A DNA stretch of 64,000 bases from an uncultured Prolixibacteraceae bacterium (GCA_964449285.1 CAYUZX010000011.1:612-64611), one strand, 5' to 3'. Counted from the first letter of the stretch, positions 17,276 to 27,850 are shown. Notes: a model not told the origin generated them from the sequence alone. Program-made: numbers and translations.

Positions 17276-17564
17276 CTGACCCTCCCAGTCGCTGAATATA
17301 CATGCAAAGGTAAGGAAAATTATCTTCAGCCACATGGCCTGATTCCAGCTAACCGGACCCCCGGCCAAAATGTGATGGTCAAGAGTCAGGCCACGCAGCA
17401 GGAGGCAGAAAAGATGGCGCAGAAAAAAGAAAAAGGACTGACCTCGCTTACCTGGCACATGTGGTTCAAGATACTGCCGCAAGGGAAGTTATAGGCGATT
17501 ATTCCTGCTGAGACTTCTTATTGCAACATTTTTTTTGTATATTGCACCATTAAATTCCAATCCC

Positions 17565-18128
17565 ATGAAAACGCGCACGATTCTTTTTATCGGTATGGCC
17601 GTCCTGATCCCATTGCTCTATTTCTCCTCTTGCAACAACATCAAGGAGCTGGCAGCTTTTGATGTCATATACACACTTCCACCGACTAACTTTACTTACA
17701 TTCCTACATCCGTGAAAGGGGATGGAGAAGAGCTGCTTTTCTCCGATGCCATTGAAGCCAACCTCGACAGCATTCTAAACGCCAACGGGTTCTCCGCCGG
17801 GGTAGTTGGAAACACGCAGTTTATCGAGTGCACGGTATCCATTGCCCAGCCTTCTGCCCTTACTTTCGGGTGGCTGGGGTCGGCACGCGGTGAAATCTCG
17901 GACAATCCCGATTTTGCCCCTGCACGCGAAATAGGATCGGTTCTCAATAACGACCCGGATGCCACCACCGTGGTGATGATCGTCAACAACACGAACATCC
18001 GCCCTTACCTGGGAGCGAAATTTTTCTACTTCAGGGTATTTGGCGTAATGAATGGACCGGTACCTTCCGAATTTGTTGAGTTGGTGGTTGAAGGAAAATT
18101 GCTGATGCACCTGGAGCCGCTGAACTGA
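17565..18128 (+). CDS. Lipoprotein, unknown function
   Basis: MKTRTILFIGMAVLIPLLYFSSCNN lipobox. The start is taken at an internal ATG of the track ORF. Confidence 0.55.
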   Translation: MKTRTILFIGMAVLIPLLYFSSCNNIKELAAFDVIYTLPPTNFTYIPTSVKGDGEELLFSDAIEANLDSILNANGFSAGVVGNTQFIECTVSIAQPSALTFGWLGSARGEISDNPDFAPAREIGSVLNNDPDATTVVMIVNNTNIRPYLGAKFFYFRVFGVMNGPVPSEFVELVVEGKLLMHLEPLN

Positions 18129-18150
18129 ACTGGCTCCTTGCAACCGGTTA

Positions 18151-19254
18151 TTATTTAACTACATGGTGACGTAACCCATTCTGGTACATAACGATAAAGG
18201 CATCCCGGATTCCCAGGTTGATCATCCGGGAGCGCAGAAGTTTGGCACAGGCGAGATCGTTGCAACGGCCTACCAGGAACCGGTCCATTTTTCCGCTTTC
18301 CTCTTTCCGCACTTCCATGGAGACTTTATAGTGTTTTTGGACCCATTCGGGAGTATAGGTATGCTGGTCAAAAGCACAGATTTGTATCGAGTAGGTGAAA
18401 GGTTGTGGGGTTGTGTTTGGCGCTTGAGTTGGCTCAGGCATCCTGGGAGGTTCGGCTGCAGACTCTTTCGGAAAAGGCGGGGTGGGATCCAGGATTCTGG
18501 GTGTAGGCCTGGCCGGAGGAGGCTGGTAGTAAACAGGAGGAAGCTTCTGTTTCCCTTTACCCAGGTTCAGCGAGATTCCGAAAGCGAGGTAATCGAACCG
18601 GTCGTTATTGGATCGTGTGGAGGTCTGGTCCAGGAGATCCGATACCACCAGGTGAAAAGTGTACTCAACCGAAGCATTCACCCTGTCTCCCAACCTGAAC
18701 TGGACACCTGCCCCGACAGGGACAACCAGGGCTGCATGGAAATTGTTCAGTGGGTTGTTGGTACTAATGGTTCCGGCATCATATGCCTGATTCGGGAATT
18801 CGGTGTACCATCCGGCATATCCCAGTCCTACGGTTCCGTAAAGGAAAAACCAGCGGGAGGTTCGATAAAGGGAGAGGATATTGGTAAAGTTGATCACTGC
18901 CTGGAGGTTTCCTTCCACCAGGAGGCCGGTAAGAGGATTTTCAACCAGCTCCCCGTTGATCAGGGAATCGGCTGACCCGTTGATCCAGGCCCCGGTAAAC
19001 TGTAACCGGGTTCCAAAGACATTGGTGATCTGCCAGCCAATCACCAGGCTTCCGGCCAAGCTGAGGTTCTTTTTCGGCCCAGCATTTCCGTAGGTGAGAT
19101 CCCCAAAATAGAAATCAGGTCCCAGGGAGATACCCAGGTTCCAGCGGTTGGCATATCCCGGATCAGGTTTGTTGAGATAGTCCTGAGCTAACACCCCGGA
19201 AACAGCAAAGCAGCTCAGGAAAACAAGGGTCAATACGCTTCTGGCGGCCTTCAT
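18151..19254 (-). CDS. Outer-membrane beta-barrel protein with Pro-rich linker and C-terminal SPOR-like domain
   Basis: Signal MKAARSVLTLVFLSCFAVSGVLAQ. Alternating beta-strand pattern. PPVYYQPPPARPTP linker. C-terminus YSIQICAF...FLVGRCND...GIRDAFIV is SPOR-like. Confidence 0.65.
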   Translation of the reverse strand: MKAARSVLTLVFLSCFAVSGVLAQDYLNKPDPGYANRWNLGISLGPDFYFGDLTYGNAGPKKNLSLAGSLVIGWQITNVFGTRLQFTGAWINGSADSLINGELVENPLTGLLVEGNLQAVINFTNILSLYRTSRWFFLYGTVGLGYAGWYTEFPNQAYDAGTISTNNPLNNFHAALVVPVGAGVQFRLGDRVNASVEYTFHLVVSDLLDQTSTRSNNDRFDYLAFGISLNLGKGKQKLPPVYYQPPPARPTPRILDPTPPFPKESAAEPPRMPEPTQAPNTTPQPFTYSIQICAFDQHTYTPEWVQKHYKVSMEVRKEESGKMDRFLVGRCNDLACAKLLRSRMINLGIRDAFIVMYQNGLRHHVVK

Positions 19255-19399
19255 GCAAAAACAAACTTCACAGTAAAAATAAGGATTAGATTCGCAAAGA
19301 ATCAGGATGTCAGGGATTTCTTTACACAGAATTATGAACAGGGAATGAAGGGAGTTTGCAGTTGTGTGTTTTCTTCTTTGAATGTGTATATTTGTGCGC

Positions 19400-21337
19400 A
19401 TGCGTAGACTACTGATCCTCTTTTGTTCTTTTCTCCTTTTTCCTGGCATCTCAGGCGCACAAAAACATGGAGCTGTTCTAATCGATTCACTCAAAACCGA
19501 AATCTCCTCCGCCGGGCAGGATACGATCAGGGTAAAATTGCTGACGAGGTTGTCGTTTGAATATTTTGGATTTGATCCCGATTCGGGGATTATAGTCGGC
19601 GAAAAGGCGCTGGCGCTATCGCAAAAACTTGGATGGAACCCGGGGATCGCGATGGCGTATAATAGCCTGGGAGCAAACTGGGCGATCAAATCCAATTACC
19701 CGAGGGCATTCGATTGGTATATGAAGTCCCTGTCAAAGTTTACTGAACTTGACGATAAACCACGGATAGCCAACGCGTTAAATAACATTGGCTGGTTGTA
19801 TATATTCCAGAAAGATTACAACAAAGCCTTTGAGGCACTCGATCGGTCGGTGAAGATAAACACGGAACTCAATAATGAAAAAGGGCTTGCCAACAACTAT
19901 GCCAACCTGGGCATCTGCTATAACAAGCAAGGAAACTACCCGAAAGCTAACGAATACTACTACAAAGTACTGAAGGTCCATCAGCAGGGGAATAATAAGA
20001 CTTCTGTGGCAATCGACTTTTCCAACATTTCGAAAAATAAGATGATGATGGGGCAGTACTGTGAAGCGTTTGAAGATGGAGCCGAAGGATTGAAAATCAG
20101 TGAGGAGATAGACAACCTTTATGGCCAGGCCCTGCTGAACCGAATTATCGGGGAGATTTATTTCCGGGTTGCCAATGATAAAGAGGGCTATAATGGGGAC
20201 TGCCGGAACTTCAGGAACGGAAAACACCAACTTCTTCTCAGCGCTAAACAGCACCTGTCGAAGGCCTTTACGCTGTTTAAGAAAATCGATGACCTCTCCT
20301 CGGTGTCAGAGACATCGCACCTTCTCTACCAGGTATTTGAGCAACTGAACGATGCAAACAATGCACTGATATTTTATCAATATTATTCGGAGGCAAAGGA
20401 CTCCATTTTCTCTCGCGATAACAGCATAAAGATCGTCAATATTGAGAAAAACCGCGAGATTGACTTACGGGACAAGCAACTCCTGATTCAAAAACTGGAG
20501 ATAAAAAACAACATACAGATTCTCCATCTGTTCATCGCGATTACCTTTGTCATAGTGCTGGTTTCCGTCCTCTTCATCCTTCTGTATGCATCTAAACGAA
20601 GAACAAACAGGCAACTTGAAGAGAAGAACCGGCTGATTGCCGAGATGAATGCTTCGAAGGACAAGTTCTTCTCCATCATTTCGCACGACCTGCGTGGCCC
20701 CTTCAACTCCTTCCTGGGGTTAACCCAGATCCTGGAGGATGAACTCCCGGAGATGCCCATGGTGGAGATTCAGAAGATCACCACAAGTCTGAAACGTTCA
20801 GCTTTAAACCTCTTCCGCCTTCTGGAGAACCTGCTTCATTGGTCGAGGATGCAACGGGGACTGGTTCCCTTTGAACCCGAGAACATCAGATTGTTTCCTG
20901 TGGTTGAAGAGGTGCTGTCGCTGATAGTGGAACAGGCAGCGAAAAAGGGAGTTGATATTACGAATCGCATTCCTGTTGGAATCCAGGTTTTTTGCGACAT
21001 GAACATGCTGCTGGCCCTTATCAGGAATCTCGTTTCCAATGCGGTGAAATATACCCCTTCAGGGGGTAGCGTAGACCTGTGGGCTTATATTGCCACCGAT
21101 GGCTGTACCGAATTAACCGTCCGGGATTCGGGGATTGGAATGGATCAGAAGATGGTGGATAATTTGTTCCGGCTCGACGTGAAGGATAACCGGAAAGGAA
21201 CAGATGGAGAACCCAGTACAGGCCTTGGATTGATCATCTGCCAGGAGATCCTCGAAAAACATCACGGGAAACTATGGGTGGAAAGCGAACCGGGCAAAGG
21301 AAGCACATTTCATGTCACTCTGCCAGGCAACGCCTGA
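19400..21337 (+). CDS. Sensor histidine kinase with TPR sensor, HisKA + HATPase_c
   Basis: Signal, TPR-like repeats, one TM. H-box FFSIISHDLRGP, N-box LVSNAVKYTP, DSGIGM, GTGLGLIIC. Confidence 0.9.
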   Translation: MRRLLILFCSFLLFPGISGAQKHGAVLIDSLKTEISSAGQDTIRVKLLTRLSFEYFGFDPDSGIIVGEKALALSQKLGWNPGIAMAYNSLGANWAIKSNYPRAFDWYMKSLSKFTELDDKPRIANALNNIGWLYIFQKDYNKAFEALDRSVKINTELNNEKGLANNYANLGICYNKQGNYPKANEYYYKVLKVHQQGNNKTSVAIDFSNISKNKMMMGQYCEAFEDGAEGLKISEEIDNLYGQALLNRIIGEIYFRVANDKEGYNGDCRNFRNGKHQLLLSAKQHLSKAFTLFKKIDDLSSVSETSHLLYQVFEQLNDANNALIFYQYYSEAKDSIFSRDNSIKIVNIEKNREIDLRDKQLLIQKLEIKNNIQILHLFIAITFVIVLVSVLFILLYASKRRTNRQLEEKNRLIAEMNASKDKFFSIISHDLRGPFNSFLGLTQILEDELPEMPMVEIQKITTSLKRSALNLFRLLENLLHWSRMQRGLVPFEPENIRLFPVVEEVLSLIVEQAAKKGVDITNRIPVGIQVFCDMNMLLALIRNLVSNAVKYTPSGGSVDLWAYIATDGCTELTVRDSGIGMDQKMVDNLFRLDVKDNRKGTDGEPSTGLGLIICQEILEKHHGKLWVESEPGKGSTFHVTLPGNA

Positions 21338-21353
21338 CCTCCCACATCCAGCA

Positions 21354-22547
21354 TCATTCTTCATTTACATTTAACCGTTTCGCTTTCTCGGTCTCGACAT
21401 TGGTAAACCGTTGTGGCTCTTTGGTGCGGTCGAAGAGGTAGCGAAATGTGGCGTGGGTCTTGACGACAGGTAATCCCATCAAGCGATAGATCTTATTCAC
21501 AGTGATGTTGTAATCACCAACCCACGACATGTCGAGGGTCTTGAACTTGTTCTTTTTCACGGCATCTACCATGGTCATAAAGAGGAGCCCTGTTACGCCG
21601 GTACGCTGGTACTCAGGAATTACTGCTGTAATCAACTGCCTTGCACGGGTCATCGTCCGGGCCTTTTTGTGATAGAAGAATTTCAATTTATTCCAGAAAT
21701 TCAACTGGCCATTCCCGAGTTTCTTCAGGATCTGGTTGACATCCGGAAATACAATAATCATTCCTATCGGTTTTCCCTGGTCGTAGACAAACCAAATAAG
21801 CTCCTCATTGATAATAGGTTTGGCTTTATTCAGCACTTTCTCGATCTCTGTATAATCAAGCGGGGTATAATCTTCGTGAAAATCTTTCCATACTGCATTG
21901 TAAATCGTGCAGATTTCGTTCAGGTACTTCTCTTTTTTCTTATAAGAGAAATGTTCAACCTGAAACTTTTCTTTCAGATGATAAGAGAATCTGACTTGCC
22001 TTTCAGGAAAGGGTTCTGAAAGATTTTTTTCATAGGAGAACTGATCAAAGTAAGTGGTAAACCCGAACCCTTCAAAGAGCTCTTTGTAATATGGGAAGTT
22101 GTAAGGCATCCCATAGGCCGGAGGGGTAAAACCGTCAATCAGCAACCCCCAGTTTGTGATATTCTCGCCAAACGTAATCGGGCCGTCCATTGCTTCCATC
22201 CCTCTCTCCTTGAGCCAATCTCGACAGGCGTCGAAGAGTATGTTGGCTGCAGACTGGTCATTGATGCACTCAAAAAATCCTAGCCCACCGGTAAGTTGTT
22301 CGTTTTTGGCGGCTTTGTCACGGTTGAAAAAGGCTCCCACCCTCCCGATCACTTTGCCGCTGTCATCCTTCAGGATCCACCGGATCGCATCACCATCGCA
22401 AAACAGGATATTATCAATGGGATTGAAAATGTCTTCGATCTCAACATCCAGGGGACATACCCAGTGCGGATCATTTTTGTAAAGAGTGCGGGCTATGTCG
22501 TAGAACTCCCGGCGGGTTGCTTCGTTGTTTACTTCTATCAGTTTCAT
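21354..22547 (-). CDS. Conserved Bacteroidota GNAT-like N-acetyltransferase family protein
   Basis: FYDIARTLYKNDPHWVCPLD...GGLGFFECINDQSAAN...MEAMDGPI matches a widely conserved family usually annotated as GNAT (from memory). Confidence 0.55.
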   Translation of the reverse strand: MKLIEVNNEATRREFYDIARTLYKNDPHWVCPLDVEIEDIFNPIDNILFCDGDAIRWILKDDSGKVIGRVGAFFNRDKAAKNEQLTGGLGFFECINDQSAANILFDACRDWLKERGMEAMDGPITFGENITNWGLLIDGFTPPAYGMPYNFPYYKELFEGFGFTTYFDQFSYEKNLSEPFPERQVRFSYHLKEKFQVEHFSYKKKEKYLNEICTIYNAVWKDFHEDYTPLDYTEIEKVLNKAKPIINEELIWFVYDQGKPIGMIIVFPDVNQILKKLGNGQLNFWNKLKFFYHKKARTMTRARQLITAVIPEYQRTGVTGLLFMTMVDAVKKNKFKTLDMSWVGDYNITVNKIYRLMGLPVVKTHATFRYLFDRTKEPQRFTNVETEKAKRLNVNEE

Positions 22548-22614
22548 CGTGCAGAATTAATATTGCAAGATAATAAAAGTGATTCAATGAACAGGGATTT
22601 TATTATTTTTGGCC

Positions 22615-24279
22615 ATGAAATTAAACGTTACGATCCGTTCCTTTACACGCGAAGACACCACCTTCCTGAAAGGAATAGCCATCCTCCTGATTGTCCTGCA
22701 TAACTACTACCGGTGGGTGATTCCAATCACAGGCGAGAATGAGTTCTGGTTTAATGCATTGGCCATCAACAGAAGCTGGATCTTTTTGAGGAGCAATCCG
22801 CTGGAGATCTTCCACGTCTTTTTCAACTTTCTGGGCCATTATGGCGTCCAGGCTTTTATCGTGATCAGCGCCTATGGCCTAACACTCTCTTACCAGAAAT
22901 CCCATCCTGCCTATGGAAGGTTTGTACTGCACCGTTTCGACAAGCTCTATCCCTCCCTCATCCTTGCCGGGATCGGCTTTGTCATCGTTACGTTGTTTAC
23001 GACAGGGAATCTGATAGGGATGAATACCTTGAAAGATCTTGGTATCCAGTTTACCCTCTTTGCCAACTTGGTCCCGGGGAAGGCTATGACTATCACGGGC
23101 CCGTGGTGGTTCTACTCTTTCATCTTCCAGTTTTATCTGGTCTTTCCGCTATTGATGTGGATCCACCGGAAGAGTGGCTGGATAGGACTTGCTGTATTGG
23201 TAGTCATCGGGTATCTTTTTATTATCTTTCTCTACCAACCCATGAACCAGGCAAACCTGAATCCCTATATGACCTTCATGGGGCACCTCCCAGAACTTTG
23301 TTTCGGGATTTTTCTCGCCTCACGCGATAAGTTTAAGCTGCCGTGGTGGGCTTTCCTACTCGCACTGGTGATCCTTGTAGGAGGGAATATATACCAGTGG
23401 CTCTGGCCCTTTGCCAACCTGGCTGCAGCTGTGATCCTGGTGGTATCGATCCAGGGTCTGATCGGGATAAAAGCACGAATAAAAGGCTTCTACTCTCTTC
23501 TCTCCGCAATTGGGGTGATCTCGATGTACCTTTTTGCAGTACATGGATATCTCCGTTCTCCCTTCCTTGAACTTGCCAACACGCTGGGGAATTCCATCGC
23601 ATCGCTGCTGATTGGGATCCTCTTTGTGACTGTTGCCTGCGGTTTGGCAGCAATGCTGATGCATACCGAGTCGGCAGCAAGGCGTTGGATTGCATCCCCT
23701 TCCAATAGGAAGAGAGCCATGGCTAAGCTTTTATTGATGGTTTCCCTGGTAGTGGGCGGGTTTGCGTTGCTTTTCTTCTGGGATTATAGAAAACAGGATG
23801 AAATCACGCAAACCAAGGAAGTCATTGCATTTGAGAGCTCTCACGATTTTGAAGAGTCGATTCCGGGCCGGTACGATCTCTTTTCCGATTCGGTTGTTTA
23901 CCAGGGAGAGAGAAGTCTTATTCTGGACAATTCAAGGGCATTCTCGCCGGGCTTTATTGTCGATTTTGATTCCGTAAACCTGGCAGGGGTGTATGAAGTG
24001 GAGATCTCTGCATGGCTCTTCACAACCGAGGCGGCTACCAGCCTTCATCTGGCGATGGAGATCTGGGACAAGCCCAGCGGAATCCAGGTAGAGTGGCAAT
24101 CGGAATATATCAAGCCGGGAACCTATCAAACCACCAAGTGGTTCCAGCGTACCCTCCACTACAGCATTCCCGTCGAATTACGCAGGACGAACTATTACAT
24201 GAAGGTATACGCCTGGAAGCCGTCAAGTAGTACCTGGTACGTAGATGAGCTAAGGCTCAGGGTCAAAGCGAGGATTTAG
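22615..24279 (+). CDS. Membrane acyltransferase (acyltransferase_3/OafA-like) with C-terminal extracytoplasmic domain
   Basis: FLKGIAILLIVLHNYYRW start motif, ~10 TM segments, ~170-aa soluble tail. Confidence 0.7.
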   Translation: MKLNVTIRSFTREDTTFLKGIAILLIVLHNYYRWVIPITGENEFWFNALAINRSWIFLRSNPLEIFHVFFNFLGHYGVQAFIVISAYGLTLSYQKSHPAYGRFVLHRFDKLYPSLILAGIGFVIVTLFTTGNLIGMNTLKDLGIQFTLFANLVPGKAMTITGPWWFYSFIFQFYLVFPLLMWIHRKSGWIGLAVLVVIGYLFIIFLYQPMNQANLNPYMTFMGHLPELCFGIFLASRDKFKLPWWAFLLALVILVGGNIYQWLWPFANLAAAVILVVSIQGLIGIKARIKGFYSLLSAIGVISMYLFAVHGYLRSPFLELANTLGNSIASLLIGILFVTVACGLAAMLMHTESAARRWIASPSNRKRAMAKLLLMVSLVVGGFALLFFWDYRKQDEITQTKEVIAFESSHDFEESIPGRYDLFSDSVVYQGERSLILDNSRAFSPGFIVDFDSVNLAGVYEVEISAWLFTTEAATSLHLAMEIWDKPSGIQVEWQSEYIKPGTYQTTKWFQRTLHYSIPVELRRTNYYMKVYAWKPSSSTWYVDELRLRVKARI

Positions 24280-24977
24280 CCGTTCTTACTGATCTGTTGC
24301 AGCAGCGGAAGGTTGTCGATCCTGATCTGACGGTCGTGCAGTGAAATGATCCCATCTTCATGAAATTTGGTGAGCACACGCGTCGCACTCTCCCTCGAGA
24401 TCCCGATCAGGTCGGCCAACTCCTGCCGGGTGAAAGGAATTTCAAACTCTTTCGATTCATAGATGATTTTCGAGAAATAGAGGATGGCATCCGCTACACG
24501 GCCATAAGTCTTTTTTTGCGACTGCTTCATGAAACGGTTGAAGTTGTTGAGGTTGTCGCGGGCTACAGAGACCAGGATCTCATAGCCGAATGATCCATTT
24601 TGCTTGATCAGCTGATAAAATACAGAGATGTCGATATAGCATACTGTGATATCTGTCAAGGCAGCATAGGAGTAGTGATTGACCTTATCGCCGAAGAGGG
24701 AAGATAGGCCCAGATAACTGAATTTTCTCACGATCTGAAGGATCTGCTCCTTCTCCTGAGCCCCCTTGAAATACTCCTTTACCAATCCCGATTTCAGGTA
24801 GATGATATAGGAGGTTGGAGAGCCTTCATGGATGATGATATCCCCTTTCCTGAAAGCAGCTTCGTGCCGGCTTGTGTTAATCAAATCCAGCTCTTCCACA
24901 CCGAGTACATCAGCAGCAAAATGCCTGACAACGCAGTCGCGGCAGGATACTATATCGAGGTCAGAATCAGGAAGCAT
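24276..24977 (-). CDS. Crp/Fnr-family transcriptional regulator
   Basis: cNMP-binding-like beta-roll (FRKGDIIIHEGSP...YIIYLKSGLVK) and C-terminal HTH (RQELADLIGISRESATRVLTKF). Start moved to the ATG at 24977. Confidence 0.85.
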   Translation of the reverse strand: MLPDSDLDIVSCRDCVVRHFAADVLGVEELDLINTSRHEAAFRKGDIIIHEGSPTSYIIYLKSGLVKEYFKGAQEKEQILQIVRKFSYLGLSSLFGDKVNHYSYAALTDITVCYIDISVFYQLIKQNGSFGYEILVSVARDNLNNFNRFMKQSQKKTYGRVADAILYFSKIIYESKEFEIPFTRQELADLIGISRESATRVLTKFHEDGIISLHDRQIRIDNLPLLQQISKNG

Positions 24978-25189
24978 GGGCAAATGGCATAGAGGAGTAT
25001 GATTTCTAAAGACAAAGATGCGAAAAAAATCCATAGCAAGATGTGATAACCGACATATAAAAAAGTGAAAAACAGAAAGAAAACAAAAGATAAATCGCAC
25101 ATATAAATGTTAAAGATAGCGCGTAATAACCAATTGATAAACACATGCATGAATGCTTTTTGATCCACCCTCATGTGTATTTTTGTAGA

Positions 25190-25408
25190 ATGAAAATTGC
25201 TGTCCCAACCAATGACGGACTGAAAATCGCCACTGATCTCGGGCTTGCCGAAGCCTTTCTGGTTATTACCATTAAGGCAGAAGCAATCGTTGGTGAAGAG
25301 CTTCGGAAAAACCAGATCAACACCGAAGAGAACTTGATCACCAATACAATTCTCCGTTACCTGGAGCATGAGTACCGAAATGAGGCCAATACTTGTTGCT
25401 GCCCCTAA
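25190..25408 (+). CDS. Short NifB/NifX-like (dinitrogenase FeMo-cofactor-binding fold) protein ending in CCCP
   Basis: MKIAVPTNDGLKIA...AFLVITI resembles the N-terminus of that family, but the protein is short (72 aa) and lacks the usual HFG. It ends ...ANTCCCP*. Confidence 0.35.
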   Translation: MKIAVPTNDGLKIATDLGLAEAFLVITIKAEAIVGEELRKNQINTEENLITNTILRYLEHEYRNEANTCCCP

Positions 25409-25423
25409 CCCTACAAGAAGGCC

Positions 25424-26887
25424 ATGAGCACTGAATCACATTTTTTGCCATTTCGTAACCAGATTATCGGTCTGCGGGCTACCTTCAATTCACCTTACGG
25501 GACCCAGGAACTGGTTTATGCCGACTGGATTGGGAGCGGACGTCTTTACCAGCCTATTGAAGAGCGGATGATGAGGGAGATCGGACCCTTTGTCGCCAAC
25601 ACGCATACTGAGTCCAGCGAGACCGGGATGCTGATGACACGTGCGTACAGATACGCCCATGAGCGGATTAAAGAGCTTGTCCATGCCGGACCACACGATG
25701 TAATCCTCACTACCGGATATGGCATGACCGGTGCTATCGTGAAATTTCAACGCATTCTGGGACTCAAGGTGTGCGGAACAATCAGCGGACATGATTGTTT
25801 GAAGGAGCACGACCGTCCTGTCGTCTTCATTACGCATATGGAGCACCATTCCAACCAAACATCTTGGTATGAGACGGTAGCCGATGTGGTGGTGATTGAA
25901 CCGGGAGATGATTTGCTTGTCGATCTCAACCACCTGGAGGAGGCATTGATCAAATACAGTGACCGGAAACTCAAGATCGGCTCCTTTACCGCCTGTTCCA
26001 ACGTAACCGGAATACATACACCGGTTCACCAGATGGCGAAGCTGATGCATATGCACGGGGGAGTTGCATTCATCGACTTTGCCGCCTCAGCTCCCTATGA
26101 TGAGATCGATATGCATCCCGACGACCCGGAGGAGCAACTGGATGCCATCTTTTTCTCTCCTCATAAATTCCTGGGAGGACCCGGATCATCCGGCGTCCTC
26201 ATTTTCAACTCAAGTCTTTACCATAATGCGGTCCCCGACCAGCCCGGTGGAGGGACCGTTGACTGGACCAATCCATGGGGAGAATACAAATACCTGGATA
26301 ACATCGAGTTGCGTGAAGATGGCGGAACCCCGGGATTTTTGCAGGCGATTAAAGCAGCCCTGAGCATGGAGTTGAAGGAGCAGATGGGGGTTCCCCGGAT
26401 CCGTCAACGTGAACAAGGGCTGGTAGCACTTGCGTTTGCAGAAATGGATAGAATCCCCGACTTGCATATCCTGGCAACTGGCATCAGGGACCGTTTGGGC
26501 GTGATCTCCTTTTTCATGACCGGGATCCATTACAACCTCATCGTGAGGCTGCTCAGCGATCGGTTTGGCATCCAGTCACGTGGCGGTTGCGCGTGTGCCG
26601 GCACTTACGGACACTACCTCCTGAATGTAAGCCATGAGAAATCGGCAGAGATCACCAATCTCATCAATCATGGAGACCTCTCACTGAAGCCGGGTTGGGT
26701 CAGGCTCTCACTGCACCCGACCATGCTGGACCAGGAGGTGACCTATATCGCCGATGCCCTGAAACAGATCGGAGCTAACCATCCTTCATGGAGTGATAAC
26801 TACACTTATAACAGACATACAAATGAATTCGAACATCTGACGGAATTCAGGGACTCCATAGATGTTAAAACCTGGTTCTCTTTGTAA
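25424..26887 (+). CDS. Class V aminotransferase-fold PLP enzyme, cysteine desulfurase/selenocysteine lyase-like
   Basis: PLP-lysine context FFSPHKFLGGPGSSGVLIF. Candidate catalytic Cys loop SRGGCACAG. Confidence 0.8.
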   Translation: MSTESHFLPFRNQIIGLRATFNSPYGTQELVYADWIGSGRLYQPIEERMMREIGPFVANTHTESSETGMLMTRAYRYAHERIKELVHAGPHDVILTTGYGMTGAIVKFQRILGLKVCGTISGHDCLKEHDRPVVFITHMEHHSNQTSWYETVADVVVIEPGDDLLVDLNHLEEALIKYSDRKLKIGSFTACSNVTGIHTPVHQMAKLMHMHGGVAFIDFAASAPYDEIDMHPDDPEEQLDAIFFSPHKFLGGPGSSGVLIFNSSLYHNAVPDQPGGGTVDWTNPWGEYKYLDNIELREDGGTPGFLQAIKAALSMELKEQMGVPRIRQREQGLVALAFAEMDRIPDLHILATGIRDRLGVISFFMTGIHYNLIVRLLSDRFGIQSRGGCACAGTYGHYLLNVSHEKSAEITNLINHGDLSLKPGWVRLSLHPTMLDQEVTYIADALKQIGANHPSWSDNYTYNRHTNEFEHLTEFRDSIDVKTWFSL

Positions 26888-26907
26888 TAACTTGAAAAAA
26901 TCTGCTT

Positions 26908-27225
26908 ATGCCAACATTGGAAATTGATGGACGTCTTTTTGAGGTGGATGGGGATGGCTTCCTCTCCGATCCTCAGCTTTGGAACGACGAAGTGGCACAA
27001 CTGTTTGCCAAATATGACGGTATTGAATCGATGAATGAACAGCACTGGGCCGTCGTACGAATTATCCGTAAGAATTTTGAAGAGAAAGGGATGGCTCCGA
27101 TGATCCGTACCATTTGCCAGGAGACAGGGGTGAAACTCCGTGAGATCTATGAGTTATTCCCCCTCGGGCCGGCCCGGGGCGCTTGCCGGGTAGCCGGGCT
27201 TCCGAAACCAGATGGTTGCGTTTGA
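26908..27225 (+). CDS. dsrC: DsrC (TusE/DsrC/DsvC family) with both redox-active cysteines
   Basis: 105 aa. C-terminus GACRVAGLPKPDGCV* has Cys-x10-Cys with the penultimate Cys, which separates DsrC proper from TusE. Confidence 0.85.
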   Translation: MPTLEIDGRLFEVDGDGFLSDPQLWNDEVAQLFAKYDGIESMNEQHWAVVRIIRKNFEEKGMAPMIRTICQETGVKLREIYELFPLGPARGACRVAGLPKPDGCV

Positions 27226-27238
27226 TCCCGCTGCAGCT

Positions 27239-27850
27239 ATGACCTGGTATGAATGGATCGCTCTGTGTGCCGTGGGAATCTCCCTGGGAGTTTCTCTCGT
27301 TTACATAATACGGATAATCAGACTGGGAAAACCACATGACAATGCGCCGGCAGCCGGCAGCGTTGGCCCAGCCGTCCTCTATGCCATGACAGGCGCCATG
27401 AATCCGGCTAAAAAAGAGAGTGCTGTCCTTCATCTTCCTACCTATATTGCCGGAATTCTCTACCACCTGGGAACATTTCTTTCCATGCTACTCTTTCTTC
27501 TCATTTGGATACACCTCGCGGTCTCCCCATTACTGGTCATATTCCTCTCCTCTTTTCTGGTGGTATCAGCTGCATGCGGTATCGGGATCCTGCTGAAGAG
27601 AGTTTTAAGAAAAGAGCTTCGTTCCCTCTCTAACCCCGATGATTACCTCTCTAATAGCCTGGTTACTCTCTTCCAGATAGGGACACTCTTAACGCTTTAC
27701 CTTCCGGAGCTGGAATCCGTCTATTTTTTACTGGCCTCGATCCTATTCCTATATATACCCCTCAGCAAGCTCAAACATGTAATCTATTTTTTCGCTGCCC
27801 GGTACCACCTGGGATTCTTCTATGGTTGGAGGGGTGTGTGGCCACCTTAA
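27239..27850 (+). CDS. NarI/DsrM-like integral membrane b-type cytochrome subunit
   Basis: ~5 TM helices with conserved-looking His (LHLPTYIAGILYH; PLSKLKHVIYFF resembles the NarI-family PFSKLxH). The start is either 27212 (overlapping dsrC) or 27239. Confidence 0.6.
   Translation: MTWYEWIALCAVGISLGVSLVYIIRIIRLGKPHDNAPAAGSVGPAVLYAMTGAMNPAKKESAVLHLPTYIAGILYHLGTFLSMLLFLLIWIHLAVSPLLVIFLSSFLVVSAACGIGILLKRVLRKELRSLSNPDDYLSNSLVTLFQIGTLLTLYLPELESVYFLLASILFLYIPLSKLKHVIYFFAARYHLGFFYGWRGVWPP

Noticed and set aside
16919-17494. 191-aa plus-strand ORF and the N-terminal extension of the radical SAM ORF to 17482
   Set aside because: The plus ORF is antisense to the B12-binding domain. The extension (MRQYLEPHVPGKRGQSFFFF...) is unlike the family N-terminus, so the start was set at the ATG at 17275.
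18331-18975. 214-aa ORF antisense to the OMP/SPOR gene, and the extension of that gene to 19695
   Set aside because: It is a shadow ORF. The extension precedes a clean signal peptide starting at the ATG at 19254 and overlaps the divergent kinase start.
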